From Polyangiales bacterium (GTDB lineage: Bacteria; Myxococcota_A; Polyangia; Polyangiales; JADJQN01): a stretch of DNA of 64,000 nt. Each line of letters opens with the position of its first letter. Within the stretch, counting starts at the first letter, position 1. The notes under the pieces were generated by a model. It did not search any database. It was not told where the DNA came from and worked only from the letters and a program-made list of their open reading frames with translations. The stretch is taken from contig CAXNJO010000002.1 in NCBI GenBank assembly GCA_964202905.1, positions 256,001 through 320,000 of the forward strand, written 5' to 3'. The translations under genes and the position numbers were made by a program. This document shows, piece after piece, positions 12,123-21,386 of the stretch.

Positions 12123-12605
12123 ATGGCCAGTCCGCACATGGTGATGTACGAGGAGGAGTTCAACCAGATCCAGGCGATCGTCGATCGGCTGGTACGGGAC
12201 GCGAACTCCAAGGTCGTGTTCATCATCGACAAGAACGGCCAGCTCATCGCAGCGAGCGGTGACACCGATCAGATCGACACCACGTCCCTGGCCTCGCTCA
12301 CCGCCGGCAACATCGCCGCGACGGGCGGCATGGCCAAGCTCCTCCGGGAGAACGACTTCAGCACGCAGTTTCACGAAGGCGAGCGGAGCAACATCCACAT
12401 CCAGCTCGTGGGCAACAGGGTCATCCTCGTCGTCATCTTCGACAACAAGACCTCGCTCGGCCTCGTCCGGCTCCGCGTGAAGAAGGCCAGCGAAGAGCTC
12501 AACGGGATCTTCGAGTCGCTCATGCGCAAGGTCCAGGACCCGACGCGCGAGACGCCGTTCGCGGAGATCACCGACGACGACATCGACAACCTCTTCAACG
12601 ACTGA
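12123..12605 (+). CDS. mglB: Gliding motility regulator MglB (roadblock/LC7 GAP)
   Basis: [54 protein letters not shown]; upstream of mglA. Confidence 0.97.
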   Translation: MASPHMVMYEEEFNQIQAIVDRLVRDANSKVVFIIDKNGQLIAASGDTDQIDTTSLASLTAGNIAATGGMAKLLRENDFSTQFHEGERSNIHIQLVGNRVILVVIFDNKTSLGLVRLRVKKASEELNGIFESLMRKVQDPTRETPFAEITDDDIDNLFND

Positions 12606-12622
12606 GTCGCGGAGACACGACG

Positions 12623-13213
12623 ATGAGTTTCATCAACTATCTCTCGCGCGAGATCAACTGCAAGATCGTCTATTACGGCCCCGGACTGTGCGGGAAGACG
12701 ACCAATCTCCAATACATCTACAACAAGACGAATCCCGACGCGAAAGGCAAGATGATCAGCCTCGCGACGGAGACCGAGCGGACGCTCTTCTTCGATTTCC
12801 TGCCGCTCGCGCTCGGTGAGATTCGCGGTTTCAAGACACGATTCCACCTGTACACCGTGCCGGGTCAGGTCTTCTACGACGCGAGCCGTAAGCTCATCCT
12901 GAAGGGCGTCGACGGCGTCGTGTTCGTGGCGGATTCGCAGATCGCGCGCACCGAGGCGAACGCCGAGTCGCTCGAGAACCTCGGCATCAACCTCGCGGAG
13001 CAGGGCTACTCGCTCGACAAGCTCCCGTACGTCGTCCAGTACAACAAGCGCGACATGGCCGGCATCGCGCCGGTCGACGAGCTGCGCGCCCTGCTCAACC
13101 CGACGGGTGTCCCCGACTACGAGGGCGTGGCCTCGACGGGCATCGGCGTGTTCGAGACGCTCAAGTCCGTCGCGAAGCTCGTCCTGACCGAGTTGAAGCG
13201 CGGCGGCGGCTGA
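12623..13213 (+). CDS. mglA: Gliding motility small GTPase MglA
   Basis: [39 protein letters not shown]. Confidence 0.98.
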   Translation: MSFINYLSREINCKIVYYGPGLCGKTTNLQYIYNKTNPDAKGKMISLATETERTLFFDFLPLALGEIRGFKTRFHLYTVPGQVFYDASRKLILKGVDGVVFVADSQIARTEANAESLENLGINLAEQGYSLDKLPYVVQYNKRDMAGIAPVDELRALLNPTGVPDYEGVASTGIGVFETLKSVAKLVLTELKRGGG

Positions 13214-13266
13214 CGCGCGGAGCGTCACGGTCGCAGGGCGCGCGCTCCACGGACGCCTTCGGAGCG

Positions 13267-13306
13267 CGCGGCTGGAAGCCACGGCGGCTGTAAGCCACGG
13301 CGGCTG
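13267..13306. repeat. 16-bp-period direct repeat between convergent mglA and grxC
   Basis: gcggctggaagccacg gcggctgtaagccacg gcggctg. Confidence 0.75.
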
Positions 13307-13329
13307 AGAACCCTGGCCGAGGCGCGCGG

Positions 13330-13587
13330 TCAGGGGGCGCCGAGCAGCACGTCGAGCTCACCCCGCTGTTCGAGCGCGCGCACATCGGTGAAACCGCCGC
13401 AGGGCGCGCCGCCGATGAAGATCTGCGGGACGGTGCGCTGTCCGGTGGTCTCGACCAGCCATTGGCGCTTGGCGTCATCACCGCTGACGTCGATCTCGCG
13501 GAAGGCGACGCCCTTCTTCCGGAAGAGCGTCTTGGCGGCGACGCAATAGGGGCACGACTGCGTGGTGTAGATGATGACCTCGGCCAT
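13330..13587 (-). CDS. grxC: Glutaredoxin 3
   Basis: CPYC, TVPQIFI, GGFTD; 85 aa. Confidence 0.93.
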   Translation of the reverse strand: MAEVIIYTTQSCPYCVAAKTLFRKKGVAFREIDVSGDDAKRQWLVETTGQRTVPQIFIGGAPCGGFTDVRALEQRGELDVLLGAP

Positions 13588-13643
13588 GCGACGCGTTGTG
13601 GGGCTCGCCGCCCCACGCGACAAGCCGTATACCGCGCCCGTCC

Positions 13644-14909
13644 ATGACGACCGCCGCGTCGCTCGCGCCCTCCCCGGCGCCGGGGTCACCCTTCGCACAC
13701 CGTGATTACACGATGTTCCAGGCGTCCCGCTTCTGCGTGACGTTGGCCATCCAGATGCAGGGGTTGGCCGTCGGCTACCACGTGTACCGGCTCACGGGGC
13801 GCGCGCTCGACCTCGCCTTGGTGGGCCTCGCGCAGTTCCTGCCCGCGTTCGTGCTCTCCCTCGTGACCGGGCACGTCGCCGATCGCTTCGATCGACGGCG
13901 CGTGCTCGCGCTCGCGGGCCTCGCGCAGGTGCTGGTGTCCGCTGCGCTCGCGCTGGTCGCGTGGACGCACTGGGGCGGGACGCCGGCCATCTACGCGGCG
14001 CTGCTCGTCGGCGGCACCGCGCGCGCGTTCGCCGGCCCCGCGGGCGGCGCGCTCATGCCGACGCTCGTGCCGGGCCCCGTCATGCACCGCGCGATCGCAT
14101 GGAGCTCGACGATCTGGCAGACCGCGACGATCGCCGGCCCTGCGCTCGGCGGGCTCGTGTACGGCCTCGGCGACGCGCCGACCGGGGTCTACGTCACGTG
14201 CCTCGTCGCGGAGCTCGTCTCGGTGGCGGGCTTCCTCGCCGTGCGCCCCCGGACGCAGCCCGCGCGCGCCGGCGGGGCCAGCCTCGACTCGCTCCTCGCG
14301 GGCGTGCGCTACGTGCGCGACAAGCCGGTGCTGCTCGGCGCCATCTCGCTCGACCTGTTTGCGGTGCTGCTCGGGGGCGCCGTCGCGCTGCTGCCGGTGT
14401 TCGCGGAGGACGTGCTCGACGTCGGCGTCGGCGGCCTCGCGTGGATGCGGAGCATGCCGGCCGTCGGCGCGGCGTGCATGGCGCTCGCGCTCTCGGTGCG
14501 CCCGCTCACGAGCCGCTCCGGGACGTGGATGTTCTCCGCGGTCGCCGTGTTCGGCGTGGCGACGATCGTCTTCGGTCTCTCGCGCGACTACGCGCTCTCG
14601 CTCGCGGCGCTCTTCGTCGTCGGCGCGAGCGACATGGTGAGCGTGTACGTGCGACAGACCCTCATCCAGCTCCGCACGCCGGACGAGATGCGCGGCCGCG
14701 TCAGCGCGGTGAACATGGTCTTCGTCGGCGCCTCGAACGAGCTCGGCGAGTTCGAATCCGGGCTCGTCGCGACGTTCTTCGGAGACGGCCCCGCGGGCGC
14801 CGTGCGCGCGGTGATCGTCGGTGGGCTCGGGACGCTCGTGGTCGTCGCGCTGTGGGCGCGGCTCTTCCCCGCGCTGCGCGGCGCGGACCGGCTCGACGTC
14901 ACGGCCTGA
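13644..14909 (+). CDS. MFS transporter (MFS_3/EntS-like)
   Basis: Multiple TM helices; GHVADRFDRRR, LDLFAVLLGGA, MRGRVSA, SNELGEFESG. Confidence 0.9.
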   Translation: MTTAASLAPSPAPGSPFAHRDYTMFQASRFCVTLAIQMQGLAVGYHVYRLTGRALDLALVGLAQFLPAFVLSLVTGHVADRFDRRRVLALAGLAQVLVSAALALVAWTHWGGTPAIYAALLVGGTARAFAGPAGGALMPTLVPGPVMHRAIAWSSTIWQTATIAGPALGGLVYGLGDAPTGVYVTCLVAELVSVAGFLAVRPRTQPARAGGASLDSLLAGVRYVRDKPVLLGAISLDLFAVLLGGAVALLPVFAEDVLDVGVGGLAWMRSMPAVGAACMALALSVRPLTSRSGTWMFSAVAVFGVATIVFGLSRDYALSLAALFVVGASDMVSVYVRQTLIQLRTPDEMRGRVSAVNMVFVGASNELGEFESGLVATFFGDGPAGAVRAVIVGGLGTLVVVALWARLFPALRGADRLDVTA

Positions 14910-14972
14910 GGGACCGCGTGTCGGGGCGGGCCCGGCCGACGGCACAGACCGCCGCAGCGAACGTTCGGCGCG

Positions 14973-15992
14973 TCAGAGTCCGAGCCAGCTGCGCGCGTCG
15001 AGGGTGCGCGTGCCGCGGCGCACCTCGAAGCGCACGGGCGCCGACCCCGCGCCGCCCACACGCGTCCCGCGCTCGACCGCGTCGCCGACACGAACCTCGA
15101 TCGCGTCGAGCGCGCCGTACACGGTGTAGTGGTTCTCACCGTGATCCACGATCACGAGGCGCCCATAGCCTGGCTGGCTGGCCGCGAAGGCCACGCGGCC
15201 TGCGGCCGCCGCACGCACCGCGGCGCCGGGCGCGACCACGAGCTGCAGTCCGCCGTCGCCCGAGGGGGATGGCTCGAGCCGCACCGCACCGGAGACGGGC
15301 ACGCCGAGCGCGCCGCGCAGGGCGGCAAAGCCCCCGGAGGCCAGGTCATCCACGCCATCGACGACGCGCAGGCTCCCGTAGGGCAGCGCCGGCGCGCCGC
15401 TCGGGGACGAGACCGACTCCGCGAGCGAGAAACCGACATCGGACCAGACCGGCACGGCGGCCTGCTGACGGCGCGACTCGAGCGCACGGAGCCCGGCGCG
15501 CGCGACCGCGAGGGCCTCCGCGGCCTCGGCGATCTCCGAGCGGAGCGACTCGCCCCGCGCCCGCAGCGTGCGCACAGCACCGGCGTCCTGCTTCACCATG
15601 CGCCGCAGCCGGTCGAGCCGCGCGACGTGGCCGACCATGGCCTCGAAGCCGCCTGCGAGCGGCAGCATCCCCGCGCGTGTGAGGCGATAGAGCGCGCGCG
15701 CCCGCGCCCGCAGACGCGCGGACGCCTCGGTACGGCGCCGAGCGAGTCCCGCGATCTCGGCCTCCGCACGCGACGAGCGGGACGTCTCGGCCTCGACGCG
15801 CGCGAGGAGCCGCGCAGTCTCCGCATCGACGGCCGCGGCCGCGTCGATTCGCGTCGCGGCGAGGGCGAGCGGCAGCGGGCCGTCCTGGGCCCGTGCGACG
15901 CGGCCCGACAGGGCGCACGCCGCGCCGAGCGACGCGGCGAGGAACGCGTTCGGACCCCACCCGGAGCGGACGGCGCTGCGGTGCGTCGGCAT
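14973..15992 (-). CDS. envC: EnvC-like murein hydrolase activator (coiled coil + degenerate M23 domain)
   Basis: Signal peptide, coiled coil, GYGRLVIVDHG..VRFEVRRG; Zn ligands HxxxD/HxH absent; follows ftsX. Confidence 0.75.
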   Translation of the reverse strand: MPTHRSAVRSGWGPNAFLAASLGAACALSGRVARAQDGPLPLALAATRIDAAAAVDAETARLLARVEAETSRSSRAEAEIAGLARRRTEASARLRARARALYRLTRAGMLPLAGGFEAMVGHVARLDRLRRMVKQDAGAVRTLRARGESLRSEIAEAAEALAVARAGLRALESRRQQAAVPVWSDVGFSLAESVSSPSGAPALPYGSLRVVDGVDDLASGGFAALRGALGVPVSGAVRLEPSPSGDGGLQLVVAPGAAVRAAAAGRVAFAASQPGYGRLVIVDHGENHYTVYGALDAIEVRVGDAVERGTRVGGAGSAPVRFEVRRGTRTLDARSWLGL

Positions 15993-16873
15993 CAGATCGC
16001 GAGGTAGCGGCGGAGGGAGAAGGCGCTCGCGAGGACGCCCGCGACGCCCCCGCCGAGGACAATGCCGAGCGCCGCCGACGGCGACAGAAACGCGGCGCGC
16101 ACGCCCGTGAGCGCAGCGACGGTGCCGTCGAGCGGGCCGCGCAACGCGAAGAAGGCTGCGCCGAGCAGCGCCAGCGCGACGAAGGCGGCGAGCACCCCCT
16201 GCAGGCCGCCCTCGACGAGGAAGGGCCCACGCACATAGCCATCCGTCGCGCCGCAGAGCTTCAGCACCTCGATCTCGTCGCGCCGCCCGGCGACGGCGAG
16301 GCGGATCGTGTTGCCGACGACCGCGAGCACGCAGACGAGCACGAGCAGCGCCGCGACGGCGGCCCCCGTCTGCCCCGCGGCGACGAGCGACTCGAGGCGC
16401 TCGAAGAACGCGCGGTACGTCTCCACGCCCTCGACCCCGCTCACGCGCACGACCCGCGACGCGATCTCGTTCGTCCGCTCCGCGCTCGTGCCCAGTCGCA
16501 GGCTCAGCTCGACCGAGGCGGGGAAGGCGTCGGCCGAAAGCCCCGCGAGCTCACCGCCGAGGTCCGCGTCGCGTGCGAACTGGGCGCGTGCGTCCGCGGC
16601 GCTCAGCGCGACCGCGCTCTCGACCTCCGGGAGCCCCGCGAGCGTCTCGCGAAGCCGCTGCGCGTCGGCGTCGGAGACCCCGTCCCGGAGGTAGATCGTC
16701 ATGCGCCCCGATCGCGACCAGCGCTCCGAGACGGCCGAGAGGTTCGTCATCGCGAGCACCGCGCTCCCCAGGCACAAGAAGGCCACGACGAGGCTCGAAC
16801 TCGCGACGACGTAGAGGTTGGCGTCCTCGCGGATGCCGCGGCGCGCGCGGAGAAAAGCGGTGTGCAGGTCCAT
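15992..16873 (-). CDS. ftsX: Cell division permease FtsX
   Basis: NTIRLAV..RRDEIEVLKLCGATDGYVRGPFLVEG; AGGAG SD. Confidence 0.92.
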   Translation of the reverse strand: MDLHTAFLRARRGIREDANLYVVASSSLVVAFLCLGSAVLAMTNLSAVSERWSRSGRMTIYLRDGVSDADAQRLRETLAGLPEVESAVALSAADARAQFARDADLGGELAGLSADAFPASVELSLRLGTSAERTNEIASRVVRVSGVEGVETYRAFFERLESLVAAGQTGAAVAALLVLVCVLAVVGNTIRLAVAGRRDEIEVLKLCGATDGYVRGPFLVEGGLQGVLAAFVALALLGAAFFALRGPLDGTVAALTGVRAAFLSPSAALGIVLGGGVAGVLASAFSLRRYLAI

Positions 16874-16886
16874 CTCAGCAGCTCCT

Positions 16887-17810
16887 TCAACCCGGGACGC
16901 GGTGCAGGGGGACGAGGGCGGCGGGATCGAGGTCCACGCGCGCGGCGAGACCGCGGACGGGCGGGCGCTCGGGCTCGGCGAGGGCGGCGGGACGAACCGC
17001 GGCGCCGCTTCCGGCCCACGCCTCACCGCCACTGCGCGCCTCGAACACGCGCCCCTCGTCGATCACGACGAGCCGGTGTGGCCGCGCCTCGAGCAGCGAG
17101 TGGTCGTGCGTCGCGAAGACGACGGTGATCCCCGACGCGTTGATCTCTTCGAAGAGCGTGAGGATGTCGAGCGCGAGCTGAGGGTCGAGGTTCCCCGTCG
17201 GCTCGTCCGCGAGCACGAGCGCCGGCTCGGTGACGATCGCGCGGGCGACGGCGACGCGCTGCTGCTCGCCGCCGCTGAGGACGCCCGTCCGGTCGTTGCC
17301 GCGGCCTGCGAGCCCGACGCGCTCGAGCGCCTCCGCGACGCGCGCGCGCACGACCTTCTGCGGCATCGCGAGGATCTCGAGCGGCACCGCGACGTTCTCG
17401 GCGACCGTCCAGTGCGGGACGACCTTGAAGTCCTGGAACACGATCCCGAGGTTGCGGCGCAGGAACGGGATCGACTCGCCCGTGAGCCGCGCGATGTCGC
17501 GCCCGCAGAAGAGGATGCGACCGTCGTCGACCATCAGCTTGCGGTAGATGAGTTGCAGGACGGTCGACTTGCCCGAGCCGCTCGGCCCCGTGACGAAGAC
17601 GAACTCGCCGCGATCGATCGTCAGGTTCGCGCCGCGGAGCACGGGCCGGTCGCGATCGAAGTACTTGTAGACGTCCTCGAGCACGAGGATCGGCTTCTCG
17701 CGTCCCGCGGCGTCGACGCGGTTCCCCGCCCGGAAGAACGAGAAAGGCCGCGTTCCCGCGGGCTCCTGCGCGGCGGATTGCGGCTGCGAACGCGGTCCCC
17801 TCTGGCTCAT
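16887..17810 (-). CDS. ftsE: Cell division ATP-binding protein FtsE
   Basis: GPSGSGKST, IPFLRRNLGIVFQDFK, LSGGEQQR, LADEPTGNLD, FATHD. Confidence 0.93.
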   Translation of the reverse strand: MSQRGPRSQPQSAAQEPAGTRPFSFFRAGNRVDAAGREKPILVLEDVYKYFDRDRPVLRGANLTIDRGEFVFVTGPSGSGKSTVLQLIYRKLMVDDGRILFCGRDIARLTGESIPFLRRNLGIVFQDFKVVPHWTVAENVAVPLEILAMPQKVVRARVAEALERVGLAGRGNDRTGVLSGGEQQRVAVARAIVTEPALVLADEPTGNLDPQLALDILTLFEEINASGITVVFATHDHSLLEARPHRLVVIDEGRVFEARSGGEAWAGSGAAVRPAALAEPERPPVRGLAARVDLDPAALVPLHRVPG

Positions 17811-17866
17811 GCGGCGACGGTAAACAGAGGCGCCGGGACCGATCAAGAAAACGGCGGAGCGCGCCG

Positions 17867-18997
17867 CTAGAACGAGGGCAGCGGGTCCGCGCCCCACGCG
17901 CTGTGGAACACGTGCCCGAGCAGCGACTCGGCCACCTTCGCATGCGGCGAGAAGCCCCAGATGGCCTCCTGCGAGACGTCGTCGAGGCTCGCGTAGTAGC
18001 GCCACACGAAGAAGCCGCTGAACCACGGTTCAGGCAGGAAGACCTCGAACACCGCCGCGAGCGCGCGGGCCTGCTCGTGCTCGTCGATGACGACCTCGGT
18101 CATGTCGTCCGGCCACAGCCACGGCTGCACGGCGGCGTTCGCACGGGTCGTGTAGCCGACCTCGACGAACAGCACGGGCATGTCGAGCGCCGCGATCGAT
18201 CCGCGCACGAGGTCGCGCGCGCGGCGGGCCCCCTCGACGTACTCGCCGTAGCTCGCGCCGTCGTGCTCGGCGAGCGGGTAGAACGCGTTGATGCCGACGA
18301 GATCGAGCTGATCCCAGAAGAGGACGCCATCGACCTCATCCCAGTTGGCGCTGTAGGTGAGCAGCCCCCTGAAGTTCGCGCGGAGCTCCGCGATGAGCGC
18401 GCGCCAGTAGCCGCCGAAGCGACCCGACCAGCTCTTGCACTCGACGCCGATCGAGAGCGCGTCCGCGCCCGCGGCCTCGGCGTCGCGCGCCCAGGCGAGC
18501 ACGAAATCGCGGTAGGACGCCTGGTATGCGGCCCACCCCTCGGGGCTTCCGGGCTCGATCTCGCCGCGCCAGCCGCCCGTTTCGACCCAGAGGTGCGGGA
18601 TGACGAGGACCTTCATCCCGTGGGCGTGCGCCTGCGCGATCATGCGGCGCACCGCGACGCGGTTCTCCTCGTAGGGCGCCTCGAAATCCATGAGGATCCC
18701 GGTGCTGTCGAGCGCCCAGAGGCGCCCGAAGGGCGTGAGGCTCACCCACGTGACGCCAAGCCGCTCGAGCTCGGCGAGCAGCGCGTCGCTCTCGGCCGTG
18801 CCGTAGCCGCGCCCGGGCTGCTGCGACGACTCGATCGGGCCGATCGTCACGCCGCGGATGGCGCCGAGGCCCGAAGCCTCCCAGCCGAGCTGTCCGCGCG
18901 GCAGGGTCGCGCGCGTCACCGCGGTCCCGGTGCCGCGAGGCGACGCCGCGACGCGGGAGGGAACGAGCCGGGGCGCCGCCTGCGCGGCGACGCGCAA
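17867..18997 (-). CDS. Glycoside hydrolase family 113 (TIM barrel); true start uncertain
   Basis: GMKVLVIPHL, WRGEI, SIGVE, YSANWD, GINAFYPL, FVEVGY, WFSGFFVW. Frame stays open upstream to 19123 with a signal-peptide-like stretch. Confidence 0.82.
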   Translation of the reverse strand: MRVAAQAAPRLVPSRVAASPRGTGTAVTRATLPRGQLGWEASGLGAIRGVTIGPIESSQQPGRGYGTAESDALLAELERLGVTWVSLTPFGRLWALDSTGILMDFEAPYEENRVAVRRMIAQAHAHGMKVLVIPHLWVETGGWRGEIEPGSPEGWAAYQASYRDFVLAWARDAEAAGADALSIGVECKSWSGRFGGYWRALIAELRANFRGLLTYSANWDEVDGVLFWDQLDLVGINAFYPLAEHDGASYGEYVEGARRARDLVRGSIAALDMPVLFVEVGYTTRANAAVQPWLWPDDMTEVVIDEHEQARALAAVFEVFLPEPWFSGFFVWRYYASLDDVSQEAIWGFSPHAKVAESLLGHVFHSAWGADPLPSF

Positions 18998-19137
18998 CGA
19001 AGGCGCGAGCGCGAGCGCCAGCGCCAGGACCGAGAGGGCCCGTCGCGCCGCGCATGCGAGCCCGGGGCGGTCGAACGAGAGCCACGCCGCGGGCTTGGGC
19101 CACGCGGCGGCGGTCCGGACGGATCACGCGTGTGCGC

Positions 19138-21370
19138 TCACGGCGCCGAGAAGAACGCGGAGATCGTGAAGTCCGACGGGGTCCCCCCCCACGTCGACTG
19201 CTCGACCTGGATGAAGTAGGTGCCCGCCGTCAGGAGTTCGTCGATCGCCGCGGTCGGGTCGCCGCTCGCGCAGCGGATCTCCGCGCCCGAGCAGCCCGCG
19301 CGGCGGAGGACGACCGCCATGCTCCCCGAGCCGCCCACGCGCGAGACGATGGCGCTCAGGCGCTGCGTCTCCGTGAGCGTGAAGCGGTAGAAGGCGTCCG
19401 CGCCTCCGCCGCCCCCGCAGCTGCCCGAAGGCGCGTCGTCCTCGAAGTCGACCAGCGTGCCGGTCGCCCGGGTGAACGGCGGGACGAGCTCGCCCGCGCC
19501 CGCGCAAGAGTCGTTCGCCGGCACCGGCGTCGGCGTCAGGAACCGCACCGACGCGTTGATGTTGCCTGTGGTGGCCTGCGTGGCGACCGTCACGTAGTAG
19601 CGGCCCGGCGCGAGGCTGCGGAAGAGTTGCGTCGAGGTGCCGCTCGTCGACCGACAACGCAGCTCGGAGCCCGACGCGCCGCAGGTGGTCTGCAACGCGA
19701 CGATGTCGCTGAAGCTGGTCGTGGTGGTGGTCAGCTCGACGTCGCTGGTGGAGGCGACGTCGAACACGAAGTACGCGTCACGGTAGGCCGACGAGACAGC
19801 TCAGACAGCTCGCGCCCCCGTCGAGGTCGAGGCCCGAGGCCGCCACGCGGCCGGCGGTCGTCGTGATGTCGACCGGCGAAACGCAGGTGTCACCGGCCGG
19901 GGGCGGCAGCGGATCGGTGATGGACGCCGTGACCGTCCAGCCGCTCGAGGACATGTCGCCCGACTCGAGGAGCACGTAATACGTGCCGGCGGGCAGCGCG
20001 CGGCGACGCAGCCGCGGCGAGGAGTCGGCGACGCAGGAGAGTTCCGCGCCGCTCGTCGTGCAGTCCGTCGAGAGGCTCAGGTAGGTCGTCGGCGTCCACA
20101 TGCCGAGCGTGCTGCCGCTGATCGTGACGTCCTTCGGCGAGGTGATCGTGAAGCGGTAGACCGCGTCCTTCGAGCTCGAGGAGCCGTTGCACGAGAGGGC
20201 GTAGTCGTCCTCGACCTCTTCGAACAACCCGGTGAACGTCCCGCCGGCGGAGATGTCGAAGGTCCGTTCGCTGCACTGGTCGACCACGGGGACCATCGTC
20301 GGCGCGGTGATGCGGAGGTTGAGGTCGAACGGCCCCGGCGCGCTCGTCTTGACGATGATCGCGTAACTCCCGGCGGGCAGGCTGCGCACGAGCGCGGAGG
20401 GCGCGCTGCCCGCGTTGCACTTGAGATCGGGGCCGCTCGCGCAGAGGTCGAGGGCGCGGATCGCGAGGACACCGCCGCTCGCGCCGGACGACGTCGCGCG
20501 CACGTCCTTCGTCTCGGTGAGCGTGAAGGTGAACACCGCGTCGGCGCCCGTGCCGCCGCAGCCGAGCGTGTAGTCCGAGCGCAGCCCGCGCGTCGAGCCG
20601 GAGAAGGTGCCGGCACCGGGGAGCGCGACGGCCGTCGCGCCGCAGGTGTCGTTCGCCGGCGTGCACGACGCGTCGTTGTAGTCGCGCTGCCCGTCGCAGT
20701 CGTCGTCGCGGCGGTTCGTGCAGTTCTCGGAAGCGCCGGGGTAGATCAACGTGCCGAAGCGCGGGTCGTCGTCGCAGTCCTCACCGCCGCAGCGGCCGTC
20801 GGTGTACCCGTCGCCGTCGAGATCGCGGACCACGTAGGTGCAGCCCATCGCCGTGTCGCACTCGTCGACCGTGCACGCGGACTCGTCGTTGCAGTAGAGC
20901 GGGGCCGAGGGGCGGCAGCCACCGACGAGCGCGTCCGGGTCGCAGACCTCGAGGCCGTTGCACGCGTCGCCGTCCGAACAGCGATCGTTCTGCGGCATCT
21001 GGAAGCAGGTGTTCGTCTCTTCGAGACACGCCGCCTCGGTGCAGTCGATCGCGTCGGTGCACGGCGCGGCGCCCACGACGCACACGCCTGCCTCGCAGCG
21101 CTCGGCACCGTTGCAAAAGCAGCCGTCGTCGCATCCGCCCGTTCCATCGCACGCCATGCCCACCGTCGCGCCGCGGCCCGCTTCGGTGCACGTATCGACG
21201 GTCGCGTCGGGGAACGTGAACAGGTCGGGCGCGCCGAGATCCGTCATCCCGAGGTCGAAGGTGAACGACGCGTCGGGGAGGGTGACCGGCGTGTTCCGCT
21301 TCTCGCAACCGACGATGAGGAGCGCCGCAGCGACCGGGAGAGCAGTGAGGAAAAGCGAGTGATGACGCAT
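19138..21370 (-). CDS. Cys-rich surface lipoprotein (MopE-like metal-binding motif + 4 PPC-like beta modules); frameshift near 19795
   Basis: Lipobox IVG-C; CDDGCFCNGAERC, CNDESACTVDECD, DLDGDG..DCDD..DDDCDG; LxxGxYY modules; joins ORFs 19778-21370 and 19138-19767. Confidence 0.78.
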
Positions 21371-21386
21371 GATTGCTCCGGTCGCC

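Noticed and set aside
13267..13306. 16-bp direct repeat as a mobile-element end or target duplication
   Set aside because: No transposase or inserted sequence; a simple local duplication.
14973..15300. Loss of M23 zinc ligands as a novelty
   Set aside because: Expected for EnvC-type activators next to ftsEX.
19124..19126. Selenocysteine TGA in GH113
   Set aside because: Lies in a pre-signal-peptide region with no catalytic Cys equivalent and no recognisable SECIS.
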